A stretch of DNA of 64,000 nucleotides from Botryllus schlosseri (taxonomy: Eukaryota), in assembly GCA_051294905.1 (NCBI GenBank), contig CM119372.1, positions 20,214,001 through 20,278,000 of the forward strand, given 5' to 3'. The translations under genes were made by a program, and so were the position numbers. Under the pieces are notes generated by a model. It saw nothing but the letters and a program-made list of their open reading frames with translations. It searched no databases and had not been told where the DNA came from. Position 1 is the first letter of the stretch; each line of letters opens with the position of its first letter. Below are positions 39,554-53,482 of this stretch, one piece after another.

Positions 39554-40346
39554 TAAATAATTAGACCTCGGCATAGGTTCTCCAACAACAAGATTATGAA
39601 TTTCGAGCACAATATTTCAATATCACAAGAGGAACTGTAGCGCTACCTACATGATTCTAGGTAAATGCCTTTTGAAATATTTACCGTATAATACGTGTTA
39701 TAACGTGACGATCAATTTGAGTTATTCATTGCTCACAAGGACCATCGACAGCCGTCGACACAAAGCAATCTATAAAAGTAATCGCGATAGGTTCTCTCAG
39801 GCCTATCGGATCAAATGATCACAAAATTGCAGAGTTGTGTAATCGGGCGACGGGTCGCTCAAAGGACTAAATTTGTTACCAGTGCGATGGCCGCCCTTTC
39901 TCAGTAGTTGTTACGACGTACATTGAGCACTTGTGTCTTACGCCAACTATGTAAACTGGCGTGGTTCGTAAGAAACAGTTCCTTCAAAATATCGGCGGAC
40001 AACAATCTCTCTGTCTTGCTCGCGTCGGAAAGCGCAACGGTGAAGCGGATAGGGTTAGTAAGGTATGTCGTGCGACCTCGATACCAAGAGATTGCTATAT
40101 TGGAATGGTAGCATTCATGGAAATCGTTCAGTTATAGTTGGAATACCGTGGCTTTCTGACGAAAATGGCTGTTGCCTAAATATTTTTCGCGTTTCAACTT
40201 TAATTTGAGACCCCATCATATTTAGAGCGCAGTGCCCCTTTAACCTGCCGAACCCATCTCTCATCTCTCACCCAGCTCTCGTCTAACCCAAATTCGTTGG
40301 GTAACAAAAACAACAATATACCACATTCAATAGTAATACGTTACTG

Positions 40347-40995
40347 CAGGGGCGGGCAACTTCTCCAGTCGGCGGGCCGGATATAGGAAAATTAAGTAAT
40401 AGGCGGCCGGATTGCTGAATCAATACATTATTCGCCCATTTATCCATATATACAAGGAATGAATCGTATTAATGAATGCATTTTAACGACAGCAATGTCA
40501 CTTCAAATCCATTTCTCGTTGTTAATAACGAAGACAAAGTGGATTAGAGAACAGTATTGTCAAACGGGCGCCGCTATGTCTGCTACTCTCTGATCAATCA
40601 ACACACGGTGTAATCCTTAATTCAGATTTCAAGGCGTTCGACAAACCCGGCACCCCAAATTTACCAAGATATCAATTCATTTAGGGTTGAGTACATCGTA
40701 AATGCCCATAATGCAAGTCTTCTCGCTTCGACGAACTTACGCATAAGCTCCACTCTCGCACTCTGCGCACACACGTATATAATAACATACAGTCACTAAA
40801 ATTTGACGTAGTAAGCAAGCAGTGGGGAATGTCGACAGACTAGGGCCACAGGCAACATAATCATGTAAGACGGGAAACTGTCAGCGACCGGACAAAATCC
40901 CTTTGCGGGTCGGATCCAGCCCGCGGGCCGTATGTTGCCCCCGCTTGGTTTACAGACACCGTTAAAGTAGACAGTCCGTATGTTGCCCGTCCCTG
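40347..40995 (+). mobile_element. hAT (Charlie-like) MITE
   Basis: TIR CAGGGGCGGGCAAC/GTTGCCCGTCCCTG; decayed TSD CGTTACTG/CATTGCTA; second internal right end at ~40928-40947. Confidence 0.75.
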
Positions 40996-41195
40996 CATTG
41001 CTATATCGATGAGACTACTGTTCTTTGTTTTTTTTGGAGACCAATAACGAGATTCGAGGCTTTGTCTCGGAAACAGCAATTCTCATGTCATTTTCCTATA
41101 CAAACAGGTTTCGTTTTCTTCCCCCCCCCCCCCCGAATAGAAAACGTATGCTCACGTGGGCCTAAGTGGTGGGTAATATCATTACAACTTCAAGG

Positions 41196-41390
41196 CAATG
41201 TTCCCTTTAAGCTGCGCACGTGCGCAATTGCGCAGTGCTGAAACGGTCTCTGCGCACAGAAAATTTAGGTTGCGCACAAAAAATCATAAGTGATGACCTT
41301 TTTTATTAGTCGTTACACACTGTTCTCCTAGGGACCGCGCAGTGAGTTAGTGAGTGCGCGCAGGCTCGTCAAAAACTAGAGGGAACATCG
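41196..41390 (-). mobile_element. MITE, same family as 24600-24778, inverted
   Basis: TIR CAATGTTCCCTTTAA/CTAGAGGGAACATCG; TSD CTTCAAGG/CTTTCAAGG (1-nt indel). Confidence 0.85.
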
Positions 41391-41945
41391 CTTTCAAGGG
41401 CAACTTTTGGAATAAGAGGATAACTTTCCAAAATTTGGCAGAAAAAATTATGGAGATTTGTTTTGTATCTGGTTTGCACGTCGCAAGTTGAAGCTCGATA
41501 ATCTCATTGAGTATTGTTTACATCTGCTGTTGTAGTATTTTACGAAAGTGTTTGACGTAGGCCAATATAATCCGCGCCAGATATTGCGTTTGTTCAGGAA
41601 AGTCGTTTTGAAATGAGTCTTGTGAGCTTCGTCAACTTCGCCATTATTTGCTGCATCGGACCTATTTCCTTAGCACTATAGTTTACCCTATACCGTTACG
41701 TAAGCTGAAATCAAGTTTTTGAAGGACAACACTTTCCAAAAATATTCGTTGGTATATCAGTAGGATGCGTGTTAATATTTCAGAGGACGCTCGCGCCGCA
41801 CCCTCGAAATCGCTTCTTCGAACCCTATGTGCTCGACCGAAAGCTAGTTAAGAACCACTGCCTTATACAGTCTTTCGCAATAGTATACTAGTATACTTCC
41901 TGTGATAGCGAATGTATATTGTATATGTAGTTCCATCCAGAAGCT

Positions 41946-41947
<2 letters not shown>

Positions 41948-41980
<33 letters not shown>

Positions 41981-41987
41981 AACAAAC
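41948..41987 (+). repeat. (AC)n microsatellite followed by (AAAC)n
   Basis: Direct reading. Confidence 0.95.
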
Positions 41988-42331
41988 ACTATATCCGCAT
42001 GACAAGTCCACATACATTACGCGATTTACGTGATCGCGAGCATAGAAAATTCAGAAAATACAGTCGGACTTATTTCTGCAAATTATGCATATTTTTGCTC
42101 TTTTTTGGTATCTATATTTAAATTGAGAAATGTAGCTACTTTGCAGTCACATTGACTTACAGACTATCGCGAAAACAACATCTAACGCAAGCGTCGCTAA
42201 TAGCATTCAGACAATGTGTTCCAGTAATGCGTTCATTGGTATCATTCTCTGTAGATCCATCATTTTCTTCATCTTCCCGAAAAACCATTATACATCGGTC
42301 GGGCAGTTGTAGACGCACTCCTTCGAGACAT

Positions 42332-45300
42332 TCATTGACCATCGCTATCAGGTGCCGATCTCGCAACTTCTGTCGATACCTTTGCGTACAGTGCCGATTG
42401 CTTCGTGCCCTCGTTGTATTCCGATAATTCCTGGATATTATCATCATAGTTTTATTCAGCAGATCACCACCAATCACGGATAATCCGAGAATTATCAAGG
42501 GAAATCTCAAATAACTCCGCTTCTATTAATTGAAATTGAGTCAAACTTGTTTTGCATCGTCATTGAAGACAACTCGACAACTTCATGGGGTTGACACAAT
42601 TTTTTTTTTTAATTTTCACTAATAAATTGAAAATTTTAATTGGCTCTGCGGCGCCTTATACTAGTTAGAATTGAACCAAATTTGGTGTGCAACGTTTTTT
42701 AGGATAACCTGACAATTTAATCAGTGAATGGCTGGAATCCGGAAAAAAAAGTTATTTTTGAACAGCCCTAATGTGCATATGCCGCTGGACAAGGAAGGTG
42801 CAGATACAGCCTTGTACGGCTTTGTAAGTCTTGTACCACATCTCCATGCTCAGTAATGTATGAGCGTCAGGGAGGAAGTCATGGATACCAGCGTTACTAA
42901 TCAGGTCTTTGGTCTGACCCGACCGGGGATCGAGCATACGACCTACCGATCAAGGAGCCGGACTCTTCACCATTACGCTATCTTGTCGGCAAGCATGAGA
43001 TCAAGTACAGCAATATACTATGGTCACCAAGATAATGAATAGCATCTTTTATCATTATATTCTGGTGGCTTTAGTAACGTACCAATACTACTTCTACATG
43101 GCTAAAAATTAAGGATGGGCAATGCGGAATCACTGATTCGAAATCGAATGAAATCTTTTTGGTGCCGTAGGATTCGAGTCAGGCATTTGGAATACAACCG
43201 AGCCTATAGAATCATATAATTCTTAGAAAAAACGGAATCAGCGTAGTCAGGGATATCCAGATCCAGATCTGAAGTTTGATTCGGAACTCGCAAAGGAAAT
43301 TAATTCTGTCATTGGCAAGCATTTGTTGGATATTCCTGTTTGTGCGAAAAATTTATCGAGACGACTGACTTCGCGTCGTTAGGAGGGGCCGTTCACTTCA
43401 CACTTTCATTTGGGCGCCTTGGAGTCGATCAAAATGCGCCAACCAAGTCTGTGTCAACAGAAGTAGTTCGTGTACCATCTGAAGTAGTGCACCATCTGAA
43501 GTAGTGCATTGAGCTTGAGCGCTCTCTTCCCCACGGCTATTCGAAATTTCATACCGATGACGTCATATTTTGTGATAAGATTGTTGATATAATGTTATTT
43601 CCAATCAGAAACAATACATTATGTAAAAAAGAACGTAAAAGACTTGCAGAACTTTTCTACAACTTAATTGCCAATGTCGATCCAGTAACACATGTACGCA
43701 ATGAACGAAGTAAGCATAAACAAGGTTTTCACTTACAATCGTTTCTTCTGCGTTTTGCGTTTTGGCAACGCAAGTACACTCGCTATCAGTGTTCACCAGC
43801 TTCGCACCGCACTTTGAACATTCATTCCGGAGACCAAGTGCTTTCGCCAAACAATGTATTGGATAAAGCCACTGCAAAATTGATATATCGTGCGATCAAA
43901 AGCACTTTTCAGGATATCTATACATATATTCCTAGCAAGAATAAAAGTTTAGGACGGACACTTGAACGGATGAAAACAACGCCTTCAGCATCAATGCTCA
44001 TTAGGGCAAGTTTTTGCAACTTTTCAATTTTTTTTACAACTTGCAGCAGCTTCCTACATACTTAGAATCGATATACTATACTATACTATACTATACTATA
44101 CTATACTATACTATACTATACTATACTATACTATACTATTCTCTTTGATTTGCATAACAAAGAGATATATGATGGGTTAGCTGCATCTCACTGTTATCTG
44201 TGACACAATGGCTTGTAAGCAAGCAGTTCAACTACCCAAGCACGACCGTGTTCGAACAATATATAAATAGATCGCTTTATTAATTCTATCGCTTCAATTT
44301 GAAATAGTTTCCCATTTCACGAACGCCCAGGCGAGACCGCCGAAAATTACATTTTCACTGGTTCACCTTTTTCAGGCTATTGCCAAGAGTGCTGACTGAC
44401 TGACTGACTGCTCAGTTTCCAGTGAAAATCTTGCTAAACCCACTTTTATAACTATGTTTGGCGATATCAAATGGTTTACATTATAAGATACTAATTTTCC
44501 TCACTTTAAGAAGTTTCTGGTCGCATTTCCAAGTACTAGTACCAATAGACGAAGTGCTAATAGGGTGGTTACGTTAATATTCTTCGAAATTACAATGAAA
44601 TGTCGGTCTCGGCCGTCTGAGTCTCGAGTCATATGACTTGGTTCGAGTCATGTGCAATGACTCGAGTCCAAGTCAAGTCAATACACAGATTGACTCGAGT
44701 CGAGTCGAGTCATTTCCGTATTTTGAGAAAATGACCCGAGTCAAGTCGAGTCATCAGAAAATCGTGACTCGAGTCGGACTCGAGTCGAGTCATGACTCGA
44801 GTCATTACAACCCTGCGTTATTCCCGCATAGCGTAATTTTCTTGCTGTGTGTCGGGAAAAATGTAATTTTTAGCGGTTTCGTCCAACCGTGAAATGATGA
44901 AGTAACAAATTTGACAGCTCCGAAGGAACTATAGGTTGTACAACGGAACCTTTCGAGTAGCTCATACCCTAATAATTTCAACAAAAATTATAAATGCAAC
45001 TTTTGTTAAAATTAAATGCAACTTTCTCGCGATTTTAGTGCAACAAAAACTTGCCCTACTGATCATTCAAGCAATCGACATTATATATTCAAATTTCGTC
45101 ATGTCAAACGATAAGAATATTGCGGCTGAATATAAAAGCGACTGAGAAACGAGCTAGTTATTTTAAGATTCGCTGAGGAATCGTGAACGGTTTCGTTTCA
45201 AAACTCCTCGAGGTTGCCACTTTCGACGGAAACAATTTCCTTGCTTTTCGTTGAATATTCGAAGCTAGCAACAACTAAACCACCCCCACCGTCTCAGCGG

Positions 45301-48300
45301 GAGTCCTTGAATGTTATTAGCCGACGCCCAAAATGCAGATGTGTGGACTCGCACAAATGGTGTTCCGTTATCATGACCAGACCATGCTCACAGGTCGATT
45401 GATTCGCAAGGAAATATTAGCCTCCCGAGCGATTCATGCACAGAATTTCCCAATAAGTCATCTCCAGATATCAGCTCCTCGATCCCTGGTGATGTCTTAT
45501 GACAATTATTGATTCGTGGGTGGAGCGATATGGTTGTTATATGGGGCAGGGGTGCAAAGAATTTTCGAGAATGAATACATAGCTGGTATATATAACGTAG
45601 TCGTAGGGTTACCATATTTTGAAACTTGAAAAAAAGAGGACACTTCTCAAAAATTCTGAAAGTTCCGGCGGAACCAGAAAAGAAAAGTGGTGATTTTGCA
45701 AAATACAATTTATTGAAAACAGAGGACAAATCATCTTAAAAGAGGGCGTATGGTAACCCTATATAAAGCTATCTCATAATAATATTGTGACTTTACTTCC
45801 CTGATGACATCATAATGGCCGAAATTAGGAATTTCACGCTTCTGGCGGGTGCTCTAACTTACGCCTATTTGGTACCGTACGAACAGGACTACATCAAAGC
45901 ATTCAGCCGGCAGTGTCTTCCATTTTAATTGCACATGCATAGCTGAAAGGCAATTTGTTCCTATGCGAACATATTCCAGACTTCACTGCTCTTCCAGGAG
46001 AGCTCCCATCACTTGAATCTGTACAACCGCAACCGGCATGATCAGTAGCTCCCAACCTTTTTGGATGTCAGAGTCGCATTTCAAACTTCAGAGTAGGCCT
46101 ACGTATGGAGCCGCATGAAAACACTAGAGTACTCTACTTATAAGGAAAATTTAAAGGTAGCTAGCCTACCTCTGGATCTCTCCATCCAATTAATTCAAAA
46201 GCATCCCTATAGAATCTCGTATATTCTAACGGTTATTTTAGCATTGATAGACGCAGATTGGCGAGTGCTATGCATTGAAACAAACTCGAAATACATATCA
46301 TTACTACAACATACTATTATGTCGTTATGTGATAGCTCTTCCTACATTCCAGCACTTAATTCACAAGTTTGCGGGGGATTATAGCTCCTTACGCTGAGTA
46401 ATATCGGACTTATTGCAATTTATAGTTGACAATAAGCTGTTATTCTGATGTTAGTAAAATTGTGTCGAAATTTACTCTTCACAAAAACGATATATAAAGA
46501 CAATATATCCTTGTCTGACGGGCATTCTTCCATGCGTTTGACACTATAGTTTGCAGGAATTCACTTGGACGGCGTTAGACATCACTAATATCCTTGATTT
46601 TAGCATTAGTGTATAGAAATTGACTATAAGTACTCATATAAACAAACAACAACTGTCGTCTATTATATTTTCTGGCATATTTAGAGGTCAATCAGAGCCG
46701 CAAGAAGGCTGCCTTCGAGCCGCCTGCTGCTCTGAGAGCCGCGGTTGGGAATCACTGGGTATGATGATGCAGCGGCAACATGATGGCCAGCCATTACCGG
46801 TGTCGCTGACGCTTCTCGTATACGTGGACGTATCCTGCATCGAGTAGTGATTGAGTAATTACTAGGCGCACATAAATAATTACTAGGACTGGGCACAATG
46901 ATCCGAGAACTCGAATTTTAATCGAATATTAGTTCTAATCAATCTAATGATTCGAGTCGAGTAGTGAGAGATGAATTTTTCTATTATTAAAATTACACTC
47001 CCCTAGACCCCTATAGTCGGTTTATCATGATAATTATAGTTTCGATACTATTTTCCAATGTGGACACCTTCAAATGGTCGTATCAAGGGACACATTTAAA
47101 ACAAACGGGGTTTTAAAAACAGGCCTTTAAAAAAATTTTTTTTCTTTTAAGTTGTAAAATTATGCCATAATTGTGTCAATACTTTACAAAAACATGTTGT
47201 ATGAGCCTACGTACAATTACCACCAGATATTGCTGACGTAATATCGATACTGGCTGTAACCTGCAAAATAGTCGGTTCAACGGCAATAGTACATATATTT
47301 CGTCAAAGGAGCTATTTTTACCCTATATTTTCAATTGTCAATGTCAATCCACTATGACGTCACAATTGAATATTAGTGACGTCATGGCTTAAAAAAACAA
47401 TAAAAAACATGTTTTAAATTAGATCCTTGTTTTAATCATGTTTGTTTTAAATTGATTTTTGTTTTAAACGCAACCCTAGTCGTATCGAAGCATACGAAAC
47501 ATACGGTAGAAAGCTACGCGGACATGGACATACGTACGATCAACTCGATGAGTTTTCACGATATTTGTGACTTATCTTCCGCATCGAGATAATGGACTTG
47601 TAAATTCGCGTAGTTGGTTAGTTTACCTCAATACGCTCTTTCTTCAAAAGTATAGCGTCTTTTCCCTCCCGCTTCAAGTACAGCCGCGACTCCTCCAAAG
47701 CGCCCATTCGAGATCCGACAAAGATTGACACTACACTGACAACGGCCGATATCGAGGATACAACGACACACGCGAAGTATCTGCAACTCGTGACATGCAG
47801 TATCGTCAGAGAAGTGTACTGCGGCACACGAAAGCACTCCCCATGATTGGCCAGGTCACGTTAGGCAAATTAGAAATATCAAGACTATGGCAGGATGATA
47901 CTGATACAAATCTTCACTCTACAGTGACGTGCTGTGAGTCAGATTTACAAATATATAACTCCGAACCCGTAATAGAGTAATAATGGCCATAGTCAATTAA
48001 AAAGGCGTTCACTATGGATTTTATATGGTGCAGTTTCAAGCATACGTAATTCTGATTACATCCATTCAGAATGCAGGCGGATACTCACAGTCGATATCTG
48101 AGGGAGCCGTGAAACTTCTGATTTTGTGGTGAAGGATTCATTGCCAAACGATCGTATTCAACGCAAAGAATTGACGCCACGAACGTAAGAGTCGACATCA
48201 ATATTTGCATAATTATCTGTCGAGCAAACGTGCATCATAATGTCTCATTATAGTATATATGGCAAAATCCTTGGTAGAGATGTAAATATAAAAGCATCCT

Positions 48301-51300
48301 CAACAAACACGTGCTTGCTGATTTGACACGGAGTTAACGTAACAGCCATGACACGAAAGATGGACGGGTGGATGAGGTCGAAGATAGGCGTTTACTTTAC
48401 TGGTGAGATGGTAGCCGTACTCCCCGTGTTATCTCCGAGGATTATATTCTGCAAATGCTGTCGAATAGGCCTATATGTTTTACGAAGCCAACGTATAGCG
48501 TATTTGGAGTGTGTTAATCATATGACACAGTTCAAGCATAATCAATGACAAAGTTGGGTGTTGTTAGAGTCGAATCATTGCAAGCGACTATCTTATTTGT
48601 CATCTTCCTGTAAAACTTGGTCGCAGCAACCTTATGTTATAACAGTGGTTCCTAATTTTCACTCAACGGTCGTACCATTGCTTACGCTATAATTCGCTAG
48701 CCTTGGGCGAACTCAATATTTGTTTTGCTGGATCTCAAAAGCAAACGCCTAAGTAGAAGTAACGCCGGAATTTCTACTCAAGTAGAAGTAGTAGTGCTGG
48801 TTCACAAGTAAGTAAGAAAGTAGGCATTCTACACCTATTTTTGCCTATAAAACTGAAAACTGTCAAGTAGAAGTAGAAGTAGTCTAAAATCATAACTACT
48901 TGATAAGTAGTGCGAATAGGCAAAATCTACTTCAAGTACTTCAAAAAGTAGAAGTACTTCGTTACTGACCACCTCTGATTGTACTACTTATCTTCATTTC
49001 TGGTTGAAACTGTCTCTCCTTACGAAGCAGGTTGGTCTCGAAAAACTTTTTTGACTTTAAAACTGACAATTTTTTACACGAAAAAAATATATTTTAACGA
49101 CATCTGGACGTGTGAAGAGTTCCAGTATAGTTCCATCACGCATTATGAAAGAAATAATTGAAATTTATTGTAGTACAACGAAAGATACTTTCCTACATTT
49201 TCGGGTAGAAAGTGTCTGTCCTTATACTTGCCAAGAATGGAGAAAGAACGTTCAACAGCAGCAGTTGTTGTCTGGCAACACCGTGTTGCTTCATTCTGAC
49301 GATGTTGTCTACATCACAATTTTTCATCATGCGCTTCAAACACCAAACAACACAACACCATGTCAAACTATTTGTTTCATTTGACCGTTTATGATTCACA
49401 ATGAGTAGAAAATGTGCCATCTACTACGGTAGGCCTATAAAGTAAGCTACAAGCTGTAAAATGTCAAATGATAAGTTCACCGACATCTAACACCCAAGAT
49501 ACCAACGAAATGCAGGTTGCATTTTTTTATTACTTTGTAAACAATTTTGACAAATTTTTGACCTAACGCTACAATTTTGACAAAATTTTGACTTATTTTG
49601 ACATGTCAAAAAAAAATTCGCCTTAGTTATGAGGAATAGATTTTGATGGATTTACGTATGAGAGAGCCGTTTCGTAAGCTCTGATCAAATCAACACGTCA
49701 TCGGTAGATAGATAGATACCATGACGAAAAATAGTTCGGATACAGATACCACTGCTATACCATACGTAAGAAAAAACGACCTATAGGGCATAAATCCAAA
49801 GTTGCCCTACGTACCACCAATTTCGCTGAGTAAGATAAATATAGAACTTAAATCGCGGATTTCTTTATTGTGAGCGCCTATGGGAGATTGGATCACTCAA
49901 ACTGCGCTGAGTCACTGGCTAGGCATTTACAACAGAAAACACAAAAATAACGCAAGTCATTGATCGTTATCTATCAATAATATATTGCTGGTAACATTGT
50001 TGTTACAAGGAATCATTGAAGAGCTTCTTGGAGGCACAGAACTTCAATATACAATTGAATGGTATATTCATATTGAAATAGGCTAAACCCGAATATTTTC
50101 GGCAGACACTCGTCAGGGGTAATCGTCAGCAACTAGTAGAGAATTGGAAAGAACATTGTATATCAACAATCGTACCCCAAAATATGATGTCACCACCATG
50201 AAATTTCAAACGAGAGAGCGTTCAATGTACTATTTTCAGGTGGTACACGAACTCCTTTTGTTGACAGGGTTTGGGTTGGTTTATTTTGATAAAAGTCGAC
50301 TCCAGGGCACATAAATAGAAGTGTGAACGGCCCCTCTCAACGCCGCGAAATCTGTCGCCTCGATAATTATTCGCTCAAGTCGGAATTATTGCTGGTACAA
50401 TGTTCCAGTTGCCCGAAGGGACGAGCCGCAACTGTAGAAGCATCACCGTATCTGATATGAAGACTGCTTACCGTTTTTGAACGACGATGACACGCAGCAA
50501 TGAAGTCCATAGCAGTAGAAATCGTCAACTAGAATACAATGATATCGATTATATTTCAATTGCGCCCTAATGGACAAACGACGGCCATATGGCCTACTCT
50601 CATACATGTACGAGTTTATGACTATTATTGATAAGGAAATGATGATAATTATGAAGCTATACGTCGGCCCACTTGTGTATGCGATAGATGTTTAAATTCC
50701 CTCACCCCTCCTAGTGTCGACTTGCAACTCACCAAGACACCAGTCCATATGGGAGTATAACTTTCGTTCCCGATTTCTGTGCGCTTTGGATATCTCGGAT
50801 CTTCAGTAAATCTACATTTAGGGAATGGTAGCATGAATTAATGCTGTTTACAATTTACGTCTTTTGTATGGTTATGGCCCACTTTATCTATGCGACTAAG
50901 CCGTACTCGGACACACATCTATCCGTCTGCGTTGATAGCTGCTGAATTTGCACCGAGTATTTACAGGAACAAACCCCGATCCGAAAATCGCTGGTATCGG
51001 GCAATACTACTAATAGTGCGGAGCTTGGACCTGAGCTGGATTGGATATCCGGCCGGATTTTTTCCATTTTTGCAGAAGCCGGATCAGTACTTTTTCTGAT
51101 ACGGCCGGACCAGTGAATTGAAAAATGGGATCGGAGTTGGACCATAGAATTTGTCGATCCGCTCCGCACTAGCTACAAACGCTATTCCCATATCATGTGG
51201 TTATTTTGAAGCTATGTGTGACAGTACAATGCTACAATCCACACCAACAGCTAATTGCAATTCTCTAAAACAAGGCTATTCATCAGTAGTTAAATGAATA

Positions 51301-53290
51301 ACATGAAGATGCTGATGTATATGCAGAGGTGGTCAAAGTAGTCAAGAAAGCTACTCAAGCAGAAGTAGAAGTAGCGACGAAAAAACCTACTCAAGTACGA
51401 GTAGAAGTACTTCTTCCATAAGCAACCTAAAACTACTTGAAGTAGAAGTAGAATTGACTGACTTTAAAAGTACTCAAGTAAGTAAGTAGTTGTGAAAACG
51501 ATCCTAATTCGTTCACATGGATTGTAAAAAGGTGCAAATTGAGCTATATACGAAAGGTGACGAGCTTGATTCATATTGATGCATACCAACAGGTATCCAA
51601 TTTTCGATATATTTTCCGGAAATTAACGGCATTACTACACTTGCTTTTATACTTCAACATGCATGTTATCCAGAAAAAAAGAACTGATATTAATTATAAC
51701 TCAAAGTATATGATACTGGGAATTAAAAGTAAAATGTAAATACTACTTGTAAAAGTGGAACATGTATTTCATGCCTCTAGTCAGAGTTGTAATGACTCGA
51801 GTCACGATTTTTTGGTGACTCTACTTGACTCGAGTCATTTTCTTAAAAATGAAAAATGACTCGACTCGACTCGAGTCAATTTGTGTATTGACTCGACTTG
51901 TACTCGAGTCATTGCGCATGACTCGGAGTCCGAGTCTCGGACCAAGTCAAGAAGTCATATGACTCTAGACCGGGTCTACCAAGACAGGCATTTCATTGTA
52001 ATTTCGAAGAATAGTAAAGTTATCACACTATAATTATTTTGTCTATCAGTACTAACACTTGAAAATGCTACGAGAAACTGATATAAGTGAGGAAAATTAA
52101 AATATTGTAAATGCGAACCAATCGATATCACCAGAAAGAGTAATCAAAAATGGGCTTAACAAGACTTTAACTGGAAACAGAGCAGTCAACACAATGACTT
52201 GGACTCGGACTCGAGTCAAAACACTATGACTCGGACTCGACACTCTACTTCGTGACTTGGACTCGGACTTGACTCGCTACTGAATTGAAAATGACTCGAC
52301 TTGACTCGAGTCAAAACTATATAAGTGAGATTGACTTGTGACTCGGAACCTTGTGACTTGGTTACAACCCTGCCTTTAGTCCAAATAGTTGCAAAGGTGA
52401 TATGCTAAAGCAGCTCTAAAACTAAAAAAAAAGTCAGAGTCCACTTTTCCAGATTAGGACACGCCATGGACATGCTAGATTACGAAACATTAGTTTCAAA
52501 CGTCATAATGAGCCATATATACTGTAATGAATTATTTCATATGGGCGAAGGGCGACATTGTGGTGTAAACGGAATCACGCCATACCGCGACCTAAATTAT
52601 ATTCACCGATACTTTCGTGAAATCATACTGGTTACTCGGTATATACTTCGCGCGAAGCTCGACGAAAATTCTTCGCTTTACTCAACTTTGATGAAAATTA
52701 AATGTTGATACTCCGTGAAAACAGCCCCGAAATTTCTCAGGTTGTCTTCCTGATTGGAAGATTGAACTACTTCTACTTGACAAACTGAAAATAGCGAAAA
52801 GTAAGTAAGTAGATCACCAAATATTACGAAGTAGAAATAGCGAAAACCAGATCTACTTGAGTAAGTACCAGAAGTAGAGGAAAACTACTTGGGTACTTCG
52901 AAAAAGTAGAAGTACTTCGTTACTGACCAACTCTGTGTATGCGTAAATAATAACGGTAGATATGTCTTACGCGGTTACAGTAATCTCCGCTGCCATGTCT
53001 TCATGAAGCTGACTTTGCCTGAGTTCCGTAGAATTGATGCTTACCAGCATAACCCCAATGACAAGCAACGGAACCAGCAGGATAATCTACAAATACATGC
53101 GAATGAACTGATGATTCCATTACATGATTAGTGACGAAGATTCCTTGTTAGATTTCATTAAGATCTTGGTTGCTTTCACACCTTATTTAGCGTCCACTTG
53201 CAACGTCATAATTTTATTTATCACACGAGCTTTCGGAGCTCCGCTCCTTCGTCATAATTCTGCACGTTTTGCTCTCACATTATTGTTCAT
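42332..53290 (-). CDS. Four-transmembrane MS4A/CD20-like protein, ~259 aa
   Basis: Exons 53086-52971, 50811-50733, 50528-50472, 48216-48089, 47780-47627, 43871-43737, 42430-42332 join in frame with GT-AG introns (768 nt); tentative first exon 53290-53279 (MNNN). Hydrophobic segments IILLVPLLVIGVMLVSI, YTPIWTGVLLTISTAMDFIAAC, IIMQILMSTLTFVASILCV, LYFACVVVSSISAVVSVVSIFVG; YxPxWxG resembles the MS4A TM2 motif. The family call is inference. Confidence 0.75.
42772..42990 (-). mobile_element. tRNA-derived SINE (related to 25522 copy)
   Basis: Minus strand GCCGACAAGATAGCGTAATGGTG...TGCTCGATCCCCGGTCGGGTCAGACCAAAGAC. Confidence 0.7.
44074..44139 (+). repeat. (ACTAT)n microsatellite, ~13 units
   Basis: Direct reading. 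Confidence 0.95.
44405..44815 (-). mobile_element. Partial GACTCGAGTC-rich MITE (family of 51782-52372)
   Basis: Ends CATTACAACCCTG; reverse-complement colinear with 51782-52190. Confidence 0.85.
45604..45761 (+). mobile_element. MITE, family of 37533-37817
   Basis: TIR TAGGGTTACCATA/TATGGTAACCCTA; no TSD recognised. Confidence 0.8.
46043..46757 (+). mobile_element. hAT-type MITE
   Basis: TIR CAGTAGCTCCCAACC/GGTTGGGAATCACTG; TSD GGCATGAT/GGTATGAT; GAGCCGC motifs. Confidence 0.85.
47085..47478 (+). mobile_element. hAT-like MITE
   Basis: Imperfect TIR AAGGGACACATTTAAAACAAA/TTTGTTTTAAACGCAACCCTA; TSD GTCGTATC (47077-47084, 47479-47486). Confidence 0.8.
48750..48977 (-). mobile_element. Terminal fragment of CAGAGGTGGTCA family
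   Basis: Ends GTACTTCGTTACTGACCACCTCTG, the reverse complement of the 8879 start. Confidence 0.8.
51014..51171. mobile_element. Small MITE
   Basis: TIR TAGTGCGGAGC/GCTCCGCACTA; degenerate TSD ACTACTAA/GCTACAAA; CCGGA motifs. Confidence 0.65.
51324..52935 (-). mobile_element. CAGAGGTGGTCA-family element, inverted copy with nested MITE
   Basis: Both TIRs; degenerate 8-bp TSD TGTATATG/TGTATGCG; reverse-complement colinear with 7605-8877. Confidence 0.9.
51782..52372 (+). mobile_element. GACTCGAGTC-rich hAT-like MITE
   Basis: TIR CAGAGTTGTAA/TTACAACCCTG; TSD CCTCTAGT/CCTTTAGT. Confidence 0.9.
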
Positions 53291-53482
53291 TTTGAAGTAT
53301 GGACGCTAACCCTATAATTGAAATATAGATGGACAGAAAATAAAAATATGAAGGGACACATATTAATTTTTCCTTTTTACAACCACACAACAATAAGGTG
53401 ACGTTCACGCTGATCTCGTTGCGTAGAAACGTTGGACTGTGCTCCACACGGCGAAAAAGGGATGTTTGGTATCATCGCAGCC

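Noticed and set aside
42157..42510. 117-aa ORF in the track
   Set aside because: Overlaps the predicted terminal exon (42430-42332) in another frame and has no recognisable features.
43592..44065. 157-aa plus-strand ORF
   Set aside because: Antisense to exon 43871-43737; no recognisable homology.
45393..45485. Possible extra exon of the MS4A-like gene
   Set aside because: Its only open frame has phases incompatible with the neighbouring phase-0 junction.
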